Counted from the stretch's first letter, positions 38,493-52,521 are shown. The stretch is 64,000 nucleotides of DNA from Deltaproteobacteria bacterium (GCA_033763315.1 JANRKS010000019.1:1-64000); one strand, 5' to 3'. Numbers and translations: made by a program. Notes: generated by a model from the sequence alone, not told the origin.

Positions 38493-38987
38493 CTACATGC
38501 CCTTGGGCGGACGATCAGACAAGGGCGCGTTCGAGACGTGATCGGGACGGCTCAGCGACGACGAAACCTTGGGTCCTGCGAGCACGCGTTGACCTGAAGG
38601 AAACACCACTTCGATCTTGCCGGGCACAGATCCAGTGACGATGCCTTCGCCGAAGTTAGGATGAATGATGCGTTCGCCAGGGCCGAAGCTTTCCTTGGGC
38701 GAATAGGGGCGCGGGGGGCGCGAGGGATCAAATGGCGGTGGCGCGGGAATGGAAGGGATCGACGAACGCGACACCTTGCGCTTCAAGGTGGTGCCACGTG
38801 ACGTGGCCGCTTCGGCCTTGGCCGCGGCCGCCGCTTCGGCGCCTTTGCGGTAGTTGTGTTGGCTGCCGCAGAGTTTGCAAACCACCTTCGCAATTCGCTC
38901 GCCTACCTTGGCCATGACGACATGCCAGGTGTCGCCGCAACGGGTACAAGTGTCTTCGATGTCTTCGCCAGTGCCCGGTGTTCCCAT
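38493..38987 (-). CDS. Hypothetical protein: zinc ribbon plus Tudor/SH3-like domain
   Basis: CTRC...CKLC at the N-terminus. C-terminal F..GERIIHPNFGEGIV....GKIEVVF resembles the UvrD/PcrA C-terminal Tudor domain. Confidence 0.7.
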   Translation of the reverse strand: MGTPGTGEDIEDTCTRCGDTWHVVMAKVGERIAKVVCKLCGSQHNYRKGAEAAAAAKAEAATSRGTTLKRKVSRSSIPSIPAPPPFDPSRPPRPYSPKESFGPGERIIHPNFGEGIVTGSVPGKIEVVFPSGQRVLAGPKVSSSLSRPDHVSNAPLSDRPPKGM

Positions 38988-39015
38988 GCGCGTCTCCCTG
39001 CTTTAGCGGCTGGAC

Positions 39016-40638
39016 CTAAACGTGTCCAGGATCTTTATAAACTCCGAACGTTTCTCGAAACACATCGCAGACTTCGCCCACCGTGGCCTGGGCTTTCACG
39101 GCGTCGAGCACCGCGTCCATAATGTTGTCTTTGCCCTCACAAGCGCGGCGCACCTGCCCCAGTGCCGCGGTGGTGCGTGCGGCGTTTCGCGCTTGACGAA
39201 AGCGCTGGACGCGTGCCACTTGCGCGGCTTCGGTGGCCGGATCGATCTTCAGCAAAGGCGGCCCTTGCTGTGGACCCGGCGACCGGTACTTGTTCACCCC
39301 CACGATGATCTCATCGTTAGATTCAACGCGTTTCTGATGCTGGTATGCCGCCTGCGCGATCTCTTTTTGCTGAAAACCAGCTTCGATTGCCGCCGTCACG
39401 CCGCCCATGTCATCAATGCGAACAATGTATGCGGTGGCCGCGGCTTCGATTGCATCGGTCAGTGACTCCACGAAATGGCTGCCGCCCAGCGGATCGGCCA
39501 CCTTGGTCACACCCGATTCTTCCGCGATGATTTGCTGTGTGCGCAGCGCCAGGGTGGCCGCGTCTTCCGTGGGCAACGCGAACGTTTCGTCGAAACTATT
39601 TGTGTGCAGGCTTTGTGTGCCGCCCAACACGGCGGCCAACGCTTGCAACGACACGCGCACACTGTTGTTCAACGGTTGCTGCGCCGTCAACGAGACGCCC
39701 GCGGTTTGACAGTGCGCGCGCAAACGCAACGAGCGCGGATCCTTGGCACCAAATCGATCGCGCATGATGCGCGCCCACATGCGGCGCGCGGCGCGCAGTT
39801 TGGCCACTTCTTCAAAAAAATCGTTGTGAATGTCCCAGAAAAACGACAAACGCGGCGCAAACTCATCCACGGCGAGGCCCGCGTCGAGCCCCAGTTGCAC
39901 ATAGCCGATGCCGTTGGCCAGTGTGAATGCCAGCTCCTGCACGGCGGTCGCACCGGCTTCGCGAATGTGGTAGCCGCTGATGCTGATCGTGTTCCACTTC
40001 GGCATTCTGCGTGTGCAGTGAACGAGCATGTCGGCCATGATGCGCAGGTGCGGTCGCAGCGGGCAGATCCATTCTTTCTGCGCGATGAACTCTTTGAACA
40101 TGTCGTTTTGGATCGTGCCCTGCAAAACACGGGGCGAGATGCCACGCTGTTCCGCCGTGGCTTCGTAAAAGGCCAACGCCACCACGGCCGAGGCGTTGAT
40201 CGTCATCGACGTGCTCACCGATTGCAGCGCAATGCCATCGAACAGGCGTTGCATGTCGTCGATGGTCGCCACCGCCACGCCCTCGCGCCCCACCTCACCG
40301 TGGCACAGGGGATGGTCGGGGTCGTAACCCATCAGCGTGGGCATATCGAACGCCGTCGACAGCCCTGTTTGCCCCTGCGCCAGCAAGTATTTGAAGCGTT
40401 CATTGGTGGCTTCCGGCGTGCCAAACCCCGCAAACATGCGCATCGTCCACGGTTTGCCGCGGTACATGCTTTCATAGGGCCCACGCGTGAAAGGATAGTC
40501 GCCCGGCAAGCTTTGTTCGGCGGGCCCGCGGTCGGCCGTCGTGTAAACGGGACGCAGCGGCAACCCAGACGATGTGGTGGCGTTCGCGGCTTCCAGCGAG
40601 GACGCAGGCAGAGATCCAGGGCGCGCCTTTTCGTCCAT
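39016..40638 (-). CDS. icmA: B12-dependent acyl-CoA mutase large subunit with isobutyryl-CoA mutase (IcmA)-type residues
   Basis: [52 protein letters not shown]. No DxHxxG B12-binding domain. Confidence 0.85.
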   Translation of the reverse strand: MDEKARPGSLPASSLEAANATTSSGLPLRPVYTTADRGPAEQSLPGDYPFTRGPYESMYRGKPWTMRMFAGFGTPEATNERFKYLLAQGQTGLSTAFDMPTLMGYDPDHPLCHGEVGREGVAVATIDDMQRLFDGIALQSVSTSMTINASAVVALAFYEATAEQRGISPRVLQGTIQNDMFKEFIAQKEWICPLRPHLRIMADMLVHCTRRMPKWNTISISGYHIREAGATAVQELAFTLANGIGYVQLGLDAGLAVDEFAPRLSFFWDIHNDFFEEVAKLRAARRMWARIMRDRFGAKDPRSLRLRAHCQTAGVSLTAQQPLNNSVRVSLQALAAVLGGTQSLHTNSFDETFALPTEDAATLALRTQQIIAEESGVTKVADPLGGSHFVESLTDAIEAAATAYIVRIDDMGGVTAAIEAGFQQKEIAQAAYQHQKRVESNDEIIVGVNKYRSPGPQQGPPLLKIDPATEAAQVARVQRFRQARNAARTTAALGQVRRACEGKDNIMDAVLDAVKAQATVGEVCDVFRETFGVYKDPGHV

Positions 40639-40749
40639 CAGCCCTACAAGAGTACCTCTTGCGCGTGTGGCGAACAAGTTGGCACGTGAGGTGGGGCGCC
40701 GACGCCCCGCCATTGACGGCCCATGGTTGGCCACGGTATGCGGTGGCGC

Positions 40750-41421
40750 ATGTCGGATGAATCGCCAGAGCCTTTCGATCTCGTCGTGTTCGATCTCGAC
40801 GGCACTTTGGTTGACTCGCTGCCAGACATTGCCGATGCCTTGAACCACGCTCTGGCGTCGCAAGGTTTGACGCCGCAGCCGCTGGAGGTGGTGGCCACGC
40901 TGGTGGGCGATGGCATCGTGGCATTGGCGGAACGGGCGCTGGCCGTGCAGCCGCAGCCCGCTTCGCTCACGGGCTTGGAATTATCGAAGCTCATTTGGGC
41001 ACGTTACCTCGAGCGCCCCTGTGTGCTGACCAAGCCCTATGACGGCATCCTTGCGCTGCTGCGCACGTTGCAGGCACGCCGGGTGCCGATGGCCGTGTTA
41101 ACGAACAAGCCTGGCGACGTGGCGAGGCCGCTGCTCGAAGCCTTAGGCCTCACACCCTTCTTCATGGCCATCATCGGTGACAATGACGGCCACCCGCGCA
41201 AGCCCGATCCCGCCGCGTTGGTTTCGCTCATGAGCCGGGTGAATGCCCAACCCGTACGCACCGTGATGGTGGGCGATGGCGTGCCCGATGTGCTCGTGGC
41301 AAAAGCCGCTGGGTGCGTGGCGGCGGCGGCGCTGTGGGGCTACACGCCGCGGGCCGTGCTGCTGCAAGCACAACCCCACAACGCGCTGATGGCGCCCCAA
41401 CAAGTCCTGGACGTGTTGTAA
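40750..41421 (+). CDS. gph: HAD family hydrolase, phosphoglycolate phosphatase-like
   Basis: [28 protein letters not shown]. Confidence 0.85.
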   Translation: MSDESPEPFDLVVFDLDGTLVDSLPDIADALNHALASQGLTPQPLEVVATLVGDGIVALAERALAVQPQPASLTGLELSKLIWARYLERPCVLTKPYDGILALLRTLQARRVPMAVLTNKPGDVARPLLEALGLTPFFMAIIGDNDGHPRKPDPAALVSLMSRVNAQPVRTVMVGDGVPDVLVAKAAGCVAAAALWGYTPRAVLLQAQPHNALMAPQQVLDVL

Positions 41422-41458
41422 GGCGCCATCGTTTCGCCACCATTTGGCTTTGGGGGCT

Positions 41459-43825
<2,367 letters not shown>

Positions 43826-44039
43826 GTAGTGTGCCTCGAACGTGAGCGTGGGCAGCTCTAGGGTAAGATCAACTTAGGAAACCCGCCTAGAAACCGCAAG
43901 GATTACTTCCTCTTCTGTGCCGTACCCGCCCCAAGCCCCCACACGACTGATTCCACCCACGTACCGGCCTTCGATATTTCTAGATTCGGCGTTTTCCTCT
44001 CAGTCGTTTAGACGCCAAATCCGTACATTCGTCACAAGG

Positions 44040-44978
44040 TTAAAACGGGCGAACCTTTTCGCCTTGCCCGCGCTTGGCGAGCTCCTCCACTAACTTTGCA
44101 CCCTCTTTGTCGTCGGCCGCCAGCTTTGGCACCACGATTTCCACGCGGCACAGTTGATCGCCACGAGATCCGTCGGGTTTGCCCATACCTTTACCGCGCA
44201 AGCGCAGCTTTCGCCCGCTGCCCGTACCTGGGGGGATGGACAACCACACCGAGCCTTCAACGGTGGGCACTTCAACCTTGGCGCCCAGCACCGCTTCGGT
44301 GAGGCTCAACGGCAGATCGAGCTCGATGTCATATTCGTTGCGCTTTAGAAACGGGTGGGGCTCAACTTCGATGGCGAGGTAAAGATCACCCGGGGCACCG
44401 CGGTTGTCAGGGGCCGCGCCTCCTTGCTTTGCCACGCGCAAACGTCCGCCCGATTCCACGCCGGCGGGAATTTGCACCTCGACCGTCTTGCCAGAGCCCG
44501 TGCGAATCTTTCGTTTGGTGCCCGTGGCCGCTTCGGCAAGCGAGATCGAGATCGTGCTCTCCATGTCGGAGCCGCGCGCCGGACCGCCCCGGCCGCCGAA
44601 CGGGCTGCGCCCACCGCCGGCGCTGCCGAACAGGTTGGCGAAGATATCGCCGACGTCACCTTGATTGTACCCTTGGCCCCCCCGGAAGCCGCCGCCACCC
44701 ATCCCACCAAAGATCTGCGAGAACATGTCGGGATCGAAGCCCTGAGGCACACCATCAGCGCCAACGGGGGCGTGACGAAGCCGATCGTATTCTGAGCGCT
44801 TGTTGGCGTCGCCCAAAATGTCGTACGCCGTGCTTACTTCCTTGAAGCGTTCGGTTTTGGCTTTGTCGCCACCTGTGGCGTCGGGGTGAAATTCCTTGGC
44901 CAGCTTGCGGTAGGCCTTTTTGATTTCGGCCTCGCTTGCCGTTTCAGACACCCCCAGGGCTTTGTAGAGATCCTTCAT
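44040..44978 (-). CDS. Class B J-domain protein (CbpA-like)
   Basis: HPD J-domain, G/F-rich linker and DnaJ C domain. No zinc finger. Confidence 0.92.
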   Translation of the reverse strand: MKDLYKALGVSETASEAEIKKAYRKLAKEFHPDATGGDKAKTERFKEVSTAYDILGDANKRSEYDRLRHAPVGADGVPQGFDPDMFSQIFGGMGGGGFRGGQGYNQGDVGDIFANLFGSAGGGRSPFGGRGGPARGSDMESTISISLAEAATGTKRKIRTGSGKTVEVQIPAGVESGGRLRVAKQGGAAPDNRGAPGDLYLAIEVEPHPFLKRNEYDIELDLPLSLTEAVLGAKVEVPTVEGSVWLSIPPGTGSGRKLRLRGKGMGKPDGSRGDQLCRVEIVVPKLAADDKEGAKLVEELAKRGQGEKVRPF

Positions 44979-45012
44979 GGTTTATTGCCTTGGCATATCA
45001 CGGAGCGCGGGC

Positions 45013-47610
45013 TTAGTTCGCAAGGGAGGTGGCCTTGCGAGAAAAGCCTAGCGCATCGCCCGCTTGTTCCACCTGAATCACGTCGCCTGGTTGAAATTCA
45101 CCGCCGATGATTCGTTTTGCCAATGGGTCTTGAATGTACCGCATGATCACACGCTTAAGTGGCCGCGCCCCATACGTGGGATCATAGCCCTTGTCGGCGA
45201 TGAAGGTGCGCGCCTCGTCCGTGAGTTCAAGCTCAAGGTTGCGGTCGCGCAGCAGCTTGCGGAACCGATCGACTTGGATTTCAACGATGCGGTCCAGATC
45301 TTTTCGTTGCAACTGACCGAACGTCACGATGTCATCAATGCGGTTAAGGAACTCAGGCCTAAAGGTCCGGCGCAATTCCGCCAACACACGCTCGTGCAGG
45401 TCTTCCGGATCGCCGCCAGCCGCGATGAGGTGGCTGCCAACGTTTGAGGTCATGATGATCACTGTATTGCGGAAATCCACCGTGCGGCCTTGGCCATCCG
45501 TTAACCGGCCGTCGTCCAGCACCTGCAACAGGATGTTGAACACATCTGGGTGAGCCTTTTCGATTTCGTCAAACAGCACCACTGAATAAGGCCGCCGACG
45601 CACGGCTTCGGTGAGTTGCCCGCCCTCGTCGTATCCCACGTAGCCCGGAGGGGCCCCCACGAGGCGCGACACCGCGTGCTTCTCCATGTATTCGGACATG
45701 TCGATGCGCACCATGTGCGTCTCGTCGTCGAACAGGAACGACGCCAACGAACGAGCCAATTCGGTTTTGCCAACGCCCGTGGGGCCCAAAAAGATAAACG
45801 AGCCAATCGGGCGGTTGGGATCTTGAAGGCCGGCGCGTGAGCGACGAACGGCGTTCGCGATCGCTTCCACGGCGCGCTCTTGGCCAATCACGCGCTCTTG
45901 CAAGCGCGCCTCCATTTGCACAAGCCGTTGTTGTTCGCCTTCCAGCATTTTGTCCACAGGCACACCTGTCCATTTGGACACCACGGCGGCCACATCTTCT
46001 TCCGTCACTTCTTCGCGCAGGAAGCCGCCGCCTTTTTGCGCCACCTTGATCTCTTCGCCCAGGGCCGCCAAACGCCGCTCCAACTCGGGAATCTTTCCGA
46101 AGCGCAGCTCGGCCGCACGGTTCAAATCGCCTTGGCGCTGCGCCAGTTCTGAATTGGTGCGCGCCGCTTCCAGCTCTTCTTTGCCCTTTTGCAGCTGGAC
46201 GATGAGATCCTTCTCTCGCTGCCACCGGCCCTTCATGGCGGCGGCTTTTTCCTTCAAATCGGCGATTTCAGATTCAACCGCGGCCGAGCGCTTGATCGAC
46301 GCGTCGTCTTTTTCTTTGCTCAGCGCGGACTGCTCGATGGCCAAGGCGGTCAACCGCCGTTCAGCCTGGTCGATGGGTTCAGGCAGCGAATCGATCTGCA
46401 TCTTCAGGCGGCTGGCGGCTTCATCGATGAGATCGATGGCTTTGTCGGGCAGCTGCCGGCCCGTGATGTAGCGCGTGGAGAGTTTGACCGCGGCCACCAA
46501 CGCGGCGTCGCGGATGCGAATGCCGTGGTGCACCTCATAACGCTCTTTGAGGCCGCGCATGATAGCCACGGCGTCTTCTTCCGAAGGCTCGCCCACGAAC
46601 ACCGGTTGAAAGCGGCGCTCGAGCGCTTTGTCTTTCTCAATGTGCTTGCGGTACTCATCAAGCGTGGTGGCACCCACGCATCGCAGCTCACCGCGCGCCA
46701 GGGCGGGTTTGAGCATATTGGCCGCGTCCACAGCGCCTTCCGCACCGCCTGCGCCCACAAGCGTGTGCAGCTCGTCGATGAACAAGATGATCTCACCGGC
46801 CGCGGTGGCGATCTCTTTGAGCACAGCCTTGAGCCGATCTTCGAATTCACCACGGAATTTCGTGCCAGCGATAAGCGCGCCCAAATCCAAGGCCAAGATG
46901 CGCTTATTTTTGAGTGATTCTGGCACGTCGCCTGCGGCAATGCGCTGGGCGATGCCTTCGACAATCGCGGTTTTACCCACGCCGGGCTCACCGATAAGCA
47001 CGGGGTTGTTCTTCGTACGGCGCGACAGCACTTGCATCGAACGGCGCACTTCTTCGTCGCGGCCGATCACGGGATCGAGCTTGCCCTTACGCGCTTCTTG
47101 CGTGAGGTCGCGCGTGTATTTGGCCAGCGATTGGTAGCGATCTTCAGCGCCGGGATCCGTCACACGCTGCGAGCCGCGCACTTCGGCCAACGCCTTCATC
47201 AAAGCGTCAAGCGTGACGCCGTTGGCCTTGAGCACGCGCGAGGCGGCGCCCAGATCCTTGGCCGCCAAAGCCAGCAGCAAGTGTTCGCTCGAGACGTAAT
47301 CGTCTTTGAACGCTTGCGATTGCTTTGTGGCTTCCTCCAAAAAATCTTTGAAGCGGCGGCCGGCGAACACATCGTTGGTGGCCCCGTGCACCTGCGGCAG
47401 CTCGTTGAGCGCCGTTTCCAGGGTCTGGGCGATCCGTTCGGGCTCTGCGCCGATTTTGCTGAGCAGCGCTTGCGCCACGCCTTGCTCTTGCTCGAGCAAT
47501 GCCGCCAGGGCATGCTCAGGGGTGAGCTCTTGGTGGGCGCGGCTCTCTGCCAGTTCCTGTGACGCTTTGAGCGCCTCTTGGGCCTTGATGGTGAATTTTT
47601 CCAGCCTCAT
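45013..47610 (-). CDS. clpB: ClpB disaggregase
   Basis: Clp N-domain, two AAA+ modules ([16 protein letters not shown]), coiled-coil middle domain, GYVGY. The ATG at 47610 gives 865 aa. Confidence 0.98.
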   Translation of the reverse strand: MRLEKFTIKAQEALKASQELAESRAHQELTPEHALAALLEQEQGVAQALLSKIGAEPERIAQTLETALNELPQVHGATNDVFAGRRFKDFLEEATKQSQAFKDDYVSSEHLLLALAAKDLGAASRVLKANGVTLDALMKALAEVRGSQRVTDPGAEDRYQSLAKYTRDLTQEARKGKLDPVIGRDEEVRRSMQVLSRRTKNNPVLIGEPGVGKTAIVEGIAQRIAAGDVPESLKNKRILALDLGALIAGTKFRGEFEDRLKAVLKEIATAAGEIILFIDELHTLVGAGGAEGAVDAANMLKPALARGELRCVGATTLDEYRKHIEKDKALERRFQPVFVGEPSEEDAVAIMRGLKERYEVHHGIRIRDAALVAAVKLSTRYITGRQLPDKAIDLIDEAASRLKMQIDSLPEPIDQAERRLTALAIEQSALSKEKDDASIKRSAAVESEIADLKEKAAAMKGRWQREKDLIVQLQKGKEELEAARTNSELAQRQGDLNRAAELRFGKIPELERRLAALGEEIKVAQKGGGFLREEVTEEDVAAVVSKWTGVPVDKMLEGEQQRLVQMEARLQERVIGQERAVEAIANAVRRSRAGLQDPNRPIGSFIFLGPTGVGKTELARSLASFLFDDETHMVRIDMSEYMEKHAVSRLVGAPPGYVGYDEGGQLTEAVRRRPYSVVLFDEIEKAHPDVFNILLQVLDDGRLTDGQGRTVDFRNTVIIMTSNVGSHLIAAGGDPEDLHERVLAELRRTFRPEFLNRIDDIVTFGQLQRKDLDRIVEIQVDRFRKLLRDRNLELELTDEARTFIADKGYDPTYGARPLKRVIMRYIQDPLAKRIIGGEFQPGDVIQVEQAGDALGFSRKATSLAN

Positions 47611-47793
47611 GGTAACGAAGATGTAAGCACCGGCCGGGTGCCGTAAAGCGTCCAAACTTCTGGAAAATTTGCGCGCTCTAAGACCCGTCGTGCGCCTAGG
47701 GGCCGGGGGGCGCGCACGGGATGCGGGTTCGTTTGGCTTCTGCACGCGCAGCCGTGGACGAGCGGCACGCCTTACGAGTAGATTGCCCTCCCC

Positions 47794-49566
47794 ATGTCTT
47801 ATTTGGTGCTGGCTCGAAAGTACCGTCCACGCAGGTTCGCCGATCTCGTGGGCCAGGAACACGTGGCCAAAACCCTGTCCAACGCGATCGCTTTGAACCG
47901 CGTTCACCACGCATTTTTGTTCACCGGGGCCCGCGGCGTGGGCAAAACCAGCTCGGCCCGCATCTTGGCCATGGCCCTTTCGTGTGAAAAAGGGCCCACC
48001 CCCGATCCTTGCGGCGTGTGCGGCTTGTGTCGCGAGATCGCCAGCGGTCAGTCCGTCGACGTGCTTGAGATCGATGGCGCTTCGAACACAGGTGTGGATG
48101 ACGTTCGCACCTTGCGTGAAGGCGTTAAATACGCGCCCGCCCGTGCGCGCAAGAAGGTGTACATCATCGACGAAGTGCACATGCTGTCCACCAGTGCATT
48201 CAACGCATTGTTGAAGACGTTGGAAGAGCCGCCTGCGCATGTGGTGTTTATCTTGGCCACCACGGAAGTGCACAAGATTCCGGCCACGATCATGTCGCGG
48301 GTGCAGCGGTATGATTTCAAATTGGTGCCCACCGCGCGTTTGGTGGAACACCTGGGCACCGTGCTTGCCGCGGAAGGCATCAAATTCGATGCGGACGGCT
48401 TGCGGGTGGTCGCCAAACAGGCGGGTGGTTCGGTGCGTGACGCCTTGTCTTTGTTGGATCAGGTGATTGCGTTTGTGGGCGACGAAGCCATCACGGCAGA
48501 ACGTGCAGCGTCGGTTTTGGGTTTGGCCGACAACCGCTTGCTGTTTTCGCTGGGAACCGCCGTGCTGGCGAAGGACGTGGCGCTAGCGGTTCGCACGCTT
48601 GCCCATGCACTGGACCGAGGCGTGGATCTCGTTTCACTGTCGCGCAACTTTCTGACGTTCTTGCACGACCTGGAAATGGTGGCCCTGCTATCGCATCCCG
48701 AAGACGTGGTGGATTTGACCGGCGAGGAGATCGTCGAGGCCAAGGCGTTGGCAAAGCAACTCACTCCGGGCCTCATTCAAACGTTGTTCGAGCGCTGGGC
48801 GCGGGCGGTGGAAGAGGGCGGCAAATCCCCCAGCGCCCGCCTGGTTTATGAGATGGCGTTGGTCGATCTGTGTCTGGCCGAGCCGCTGCTTCCCTTGGGC
48901 GATTTGTTAGGTCGCCTTGAGGGGCTTGAAACGCGTTTGGCAGGGGGGGCACCGCCGCCAGCGGGGGGGCCACCGGCGCCGGGCCGCCGCCCCACCGCGC
49001 CCGCTGAGCCCGCGCCACCGGTGGCACCGCCTGCGTCTCGGGGCATGTCAGGCGGGGGGCCTCAAGCGCTGGCGTTGGTCACTCCGATCGCCGCCCACGC
49101 GTGGGCGCCGCCGCAAAACGATGTGCCTGCGCCGCCATCACCGGCACGTGTGGCCGAGCCAAGACCAGCGCCGGGCATGGGCGATTTGGTCCGCTTCTGG
49201 CGTGACGTCAAAGACTTGCTGCAACAGCGCAGCCCTATGCTCGCTGCCGCCTTGGAGCACGCGGGGGTTTCGTCAGCCAATGAAGGCCTCCTGGCGGTGG
49301 TCTTGCCTGAAAAGTTCCAGTGCGAGCAGGTTGAAAAGAACCGCGCCAAGGTTGAAGCCGCCATGCAAGAAGTGGCCGGCATGCCGATTCGGTTGGACGT
49401 CAAACAAGGCGAATCGCGGGCCGCCGTGATGCCCTCCACGGTTCGCTCCGAGGCAGACGCGGCAGATGCCGATCGCCGCCGCCGCGAAGAAGAAGCCCGC
49501 AAACATCCCATGATTCAAAAAGCGCAGGACGTTTTCGGCGCTAAGGTTACAGGCATCAAGACCTAA
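47794..49566 (+). CDS. dnaX: DNA polymerase III subunit gamma/tau
   Basis: [16 protein letters not shown], zinc module, IIDEVHMLS, Pro-rich linker. Confidence 0.97.
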   Translation: MSYLVLARKYRPRRFADLVGQEHVAKTLSNAIALNRVHHAFLFTGARGVGKTSSARILAMALSCEKGPTPDPCGVCGLCREIASGQSVDVLEIDGASNTGVDDVRTLREGVKYAPARARKKVYIIDEVHMLSTSAFNALLKTLEEPPAHVVFILATTEVHKIPATIMSRVQRYDFKLVPTARLVEHLGTVLAAEGIKFDADGLRVVAKQAGGSVRDALSLLDQVIAFVGDEAITAERAASVLGLADNRLLFSLGTAVLAKDVALAVRTLAHALDRGVDLVSLSRNFLTFLHDLEMVALLSHPEDVVDLTGEEIVEAKALAKQLTPGLIQTLFERWARAVEEGGKSPSARLVYEMALVDLCLAEPLLPLGDLLGRLEGLETRLAGGAPPPAGGPPAPGRRPTAPAEPAPPVAPPASRGMSGGGPQALALVTPIAAHAWAPPQNDVPAPPSPARVAEPRPAPGMGDLVRFWRDVKDLLQQRSPMLAAALEHAGVSSANEGLLAVVLPEKFQCEQVEKNRAKVEAAMQEVAGMPIRLDVKQGESRAAVMPSTVRSEADAADADRRRREEEARKHPMIQKAQDVFGAKVTGIKT

Positions 49567-49581
49567 GCGAAGGCCGCACAG

Positions 49582-49911
49582 ATGACGACTGGATTCGATA
49601 TCAAAGGTTTGTTCGAAACCGCCCAAAAGGTTCAAGAGGAAATGAACCGGGTCAAAGAGAACCTGGCGCATACCACGGCCGAAGGTGAATCGGGTGGCGG
49701 GTTGGTTCGTTGTGTGGCCAATGGCAAAGGCGAGGTTGTGTCTTTGGACATTGATCCGGCGGTCATCGTGGCCAGCGAAAAAAAGATGCTCGAGGATCTG
49801 ATCGCGGGTGCTGTGAATGTGGCTTTGGACAAGGTGAAGGAGCTGGCGCAATCGCAGCTTCAAAAAGCCGCCCAAGGCTTGCCCTTGCCGCCGGGCTTTC
49901 CGGGCCTTTAA
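49582..49911 (+). CDS. ybaB: YbaB/EbfC nucleoid-associated protein
   Basis: GESGGGLV, LEDLIAGAVN. Sits between dnaX and recR. Confidence 0.95.
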   Translation: MTTGFDIKGLFETAQKVQEEMNRVKENLAHTTAEGESGGGLVRCVANGKGEVVSLDIDPAVIVASEKKMLEDLIAGAVNVALDKVKELAQSQLQKAAQGLPLPPGFPGL

Positions 49912-50508
49912 ATGGCTGCCGCCGGTCCCATCGCGAAGCTGGTGCAACAACTGGCCAAGCTGCCAGGCATTGGTGAGAAAACCGCCGCGCGCTTGGCCTT
50001 CCACATCCTGCGCTCACCGGCATCCGAAGCGCAGGCCTTGGCCGACGCCATCGCGGATGTGAAGACCCGCGTGCGCCAGTGTGGCAAATGCTGGGACTTC
50101 ACCGAGTCCGACCCCTGCGCCCTATGTAGCGATGCCCGCCGCGACCCCACTTTGGTCTGCGTGGTGGCGCAGCCTCAGGACGTGGTGGCGGTGGAACGCG
50201 CGGGCGGCTACCGAGGCCTGTACCATGTGCTTCACGGCGTCCTTGCCCCCCTAGATGGGGTGGGGCCCGACGATCTGCGCATCGCCGAACTTGTACGCCG
50301 TTGTGGAACCGACTCGGTTAAAGAAGTAATCGTGGCCACCAATCCAAGCGTGGAGGGAGAAACGACGGCGGTGTACATGTCCAAGCTGCTCAAGCCTTTA
50401 GGCGTGAAGACCACGCGCATCGCCACCGGTGTGCCCATGGGCGGGGAGCTCGAGTATGCCGACCGCTTCACCTTGGCGCGCGCCATTGATGGTCGGCGTG
50501 AGTTCTAG
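49912..50508 (+). CDS. recR: Recombination mediator RecR
   Basis: LPGIGEKTA.R, C4 zinc finger, YHVLHG, Toprim ATNPSVEGE. Confidence 0.97.
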   Translation: MAAAGPIAKLVQQLAKLPGIGEKTAARLAFHILRSPASEAQALADAIADVKTRVRQCGKCWDFTESDPCALCSDARRDPTLVCVVAQPQDVVAVERAGGYRGLYHVLHGVLAPLDGVGPDDLRIAELVRRCGTDSVKEVIVATNPSVEGETTAVYMSKLLKPLGVKTTRIATGVPMGGELEYADRFTLARAIDGRREF

Positions 50509-50651
50509 CCCCGCCCCAAGTGGGGGAGATCCCGGAAATGACTCTGAAGCTCAACCTGCGGGCGCAATCCGCCGAACGAAATCCACGCAAAGGGCACATG
50601 ATGTGCAGAGGCAAAGTTGTTGAGTGATTATGCAACCTTGATGCTGGGCGC

Positions 50652-50681
50652 CGCCGATGTTATCTGTGGACATCGGCGTTT
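50652..50681 (+). terminator. Hairpin between recR and mglB (terminator or 5'-leader structure)
   Basis: Perfect 9-bp stem CGCCGATGT/ACATCGGCG followed by TTT. Confidence 0.45.
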
Positions 50682-50723
50682 CGCCGTCCATTTCATCCAA
50701 CCCAGCCAAAGCGACGGAGATTC

Positions 50724-51203
50724 ATGAGCTCGCCCAACGTAATGTTCCCAGAGGAGCAAAAGGCGATAGACCTCGTCTGCGCCCGGCTCCATCGGGACGC
50801 CAACGCTAAAGCCGTTCTTCTCATTGGGCGGGACGGGCAACCCGTGGCCGAGGCCGGCGACGTGGCCGAACTCGACGTCACGTCTTTGTCCTCGCTGACC
50901 GCGGGCAACGTGGCCGCCACCGGAGGCATTTCCCAGATCCTGCGGGAAAAAGACTTCACCAGCCAGTTCCACGAGGGTGAACGTACCCACGTGCACATCA
51001 CCTTGGTGAGCAACCGCGCCATTCTGGTGGTGCTTTTCGATGAACGTTCGTCGTTGGGGCTCGTGCGTCTACGCGTGCGCAAGGCTTCCGAAGAGATGGG
51101 CCGCTTGTTCGAGCAAGCGTCTGCCCGCGCTCACAGCGCTGGCGCTCCGTCCATTCTCAACGAGATCACCGACAGCGACATCGACAATCTTTTCAACGAT
51201 TAA
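50724..51203 (+). CDS. mglB: MglB roadblock/LC7 GAP
   Basis: [41 protein letters not shown], acidic tail [11 protein letters not shown]. Confidence 0.96.
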   Translation: MSSPNVMFPEEQKAIDLVCARLHRDANAKAVLLIGRDGQPVAEAGDVAELDVTSLSSLTAGNVAATGGISQILREKDFTSQFHEGERTHVHITLVSNRAILVVLFDERSSLGLVRLRVRKASEEMGRLFEQASARAHSAGAPSILNEITDSDIDNLFND

Positions 51204-51211
51204 AGGCGTCG

Positions 51212-51799
51212 ATGAGTTTTATCAACTACTCCTCCCGCGAGATTAACTGCAAGCTGGTTTATTACGGTCCCGGCCTGTGCGGCAAGACCACCAACCTGCA
51301 GTACATCTACGCGAAAACGGCGCCCGACGCGAAGGGGAAGATGATCTCCTTGGCCACGGAGACCGAGCGCACCTTGTTCTTCGATTTCTTGCCGTTGTCG
51401 CTGGGCGAGATTCGCGGGTTTAAGACGCGCTTTCACCTCTACACGGTGCCGGGCCAGGTCTTCTACGACGCCAGCCGCAAGCTGATCCTTAAGGGCGTTG
51501 ACGGCGTGGTGTTCGTGGCCGATTCCCAGATCGAGCGCATGGAGGCCAACCTCGAATCGATGGAGAACCTGCGCACGAACCTCGTCGAGCAAGGCTACAA
51601 CCTCGATAAGATTCCGTACGTTGTTCAATACAACAAGCGTGACTTGCCAAACGCCGCGCCTTTGCAGGAGCTGCGGGAGCTGCTGAACCCAGCGGGCATG
51701 CCTGAATTTGAGGCTGCGGCGGTTTCGGGCACGGGCGTGTTTGACACGCTCAAGGCGGTGGCCAAAGCCGTGTTGACCGAGCTCAAGCGCGGCGGCTAG
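51212..51799 (+). CDS. mglA: MglA small Ras-like GTPase (cell polarity/motility)
   Basis: [48 protein letters not shown]. Confidence 0.98.
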   Translation: MSFINYSSREINCKLVYYGPGLCGKTTNLQYIYAKTAPDAKGKMISLATETERTLFFDFLPLSLGEIRGFKTRFHLYTVPGQVFYDASRKLILKGVDGVVFVADSQIERMEANLESMENLRTNLVEQGYNLDKIPYVVQYNKRDLPNAAPLQELRELLNPAGMPEFEAAAVSGTGVFDTLKAVAKAVLTELKRGG

Positions 51800-51814
51800 G
51801 CGGGTCGGTCGCGC

Positions 51815-52489
51815 CTAATGGCGTGTGGTTTGTTCGCAAAAGCCTTGGGCCCCGAGAAGGGGCACAAAGCGAACGTCCGCCAAGTGTTGCGCTTGGTATT
51901 CGTTGGCCGCCAGGCGGCGCACAAGCATGAGATTTTGGTCGTCCAGATCTTGCCCCACCGGGATCACCAGGCGTCCGCCCACCGCCAGCTGGCTCAACAG
52001 CGCTTCGGGAACCTGGGGAGCGCCGGCCGCAACGACGATGGCGTCAAACGGCGCTTGCATTGGGTGACCCAGGGTGCCGTCGCCCTCGAGGACGTGCACG
52101 TTGTGGCAGCCATCCTCGGCCAACCGTCGGGCGGCGGCTCTGGCCAAGCTTGGCAGGCGTTCGATCGTGAAAACCTCGCGCGAAAGATGGGCCAAAACGG
52201 CGGCGCCGTAACCCGAGCCCGTGCCCACCTCCAACACCTTTTCCTGACCGCGAAGCTGCAACGCTTGCACCATCAGGGCCACGATGAAAGGCTGTGAAAT
52301 GGTTTGGCCGCAGCCGATGTCGAGCGGCCTGTCTTCGTAGGCGAGGGGCGCTTTGGCCTCAGGAACGTAGTCTTCGCGGGACACAAACCGCATGGCCTGT
52401 AACACCCGCGGATCGCGAACACCGCGCGCTTCGACCTGTTTACGCACCATTAGGTCGCGCAGTTCATTTGTTCTCGCCAGCTGGCCCAT
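51815..52489 (-). CDS. pcm: Protein-L-isoaspartate O-methyltransferase
   Basis: AYED.PL.IG.GQTISQP, VLEVGTGSGY, APFDAIVV, GGRLVIPVG, VRFVPL. Start may be ATG 52450. Confidence 0.95.
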   Translation of the reverse strand: MGQLARTNELRDLMVRKQVEARGVRDPRVLQAMRFVSREDYVPEAKAPLAYEDRPLDIGCGQTISQPFIVALMVQALQLRGQEKVLEVGTGSGYGAAVLAHLSREVFTIERLPSLARAAARRLAEDGCHNVHVLEGDGTLGHPMQAPFDAIVVAAGAPQVPEALLSQLAVGGRLVIPVGQDLDDQNLMLVRRLAANEYQAQHLADVRFVPLLGAQGFCEQTTRH

Positions 52490-52506
52490 GTTGTTGCACA
52501 GGCCTC

Positions 52507-52521
52507 GCAATCGCTATGCCA
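52507..52521 (-). promoter_or_regulatory. Putative sigma54 (-24/-12) promoter of pcm
   Basis: Minus strand TGGCATAGCGATTGC has exact GG-N10-GC spacing and lies in the short intergenic gap. Confidence 0.55.

Noticed and set aside
43826-44039. Inverted repeat ACGACTGA/TCAGTCGT upstream of lon as an RNA thermometer or ncRNA
   Set aside because: Short, widely spaced and far from the RBS, so not distinguishable from chance by eye.
47611-47793. SRP RNA (ffs) or a tRNA, often found upstream of dnaX
   Set aside because: No CAGG-x-CC-GGAA-GG-x-AGCAG domain IV motif or cloverleaf is visible.
47794-49566. Programmed frameshift in dnaX producing gamma
   Set aside because: No A AAA AAG or long A-run slippery site is seen in the linker region.
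50580-50625. c-di-GMP-I (GEMM) riboswitch-like start CACGCAAAGGGCAC
   Set aside because: It lacks the GNRA-capped stem and the GGACGCAAAGC element, so the resemblance is superficial.
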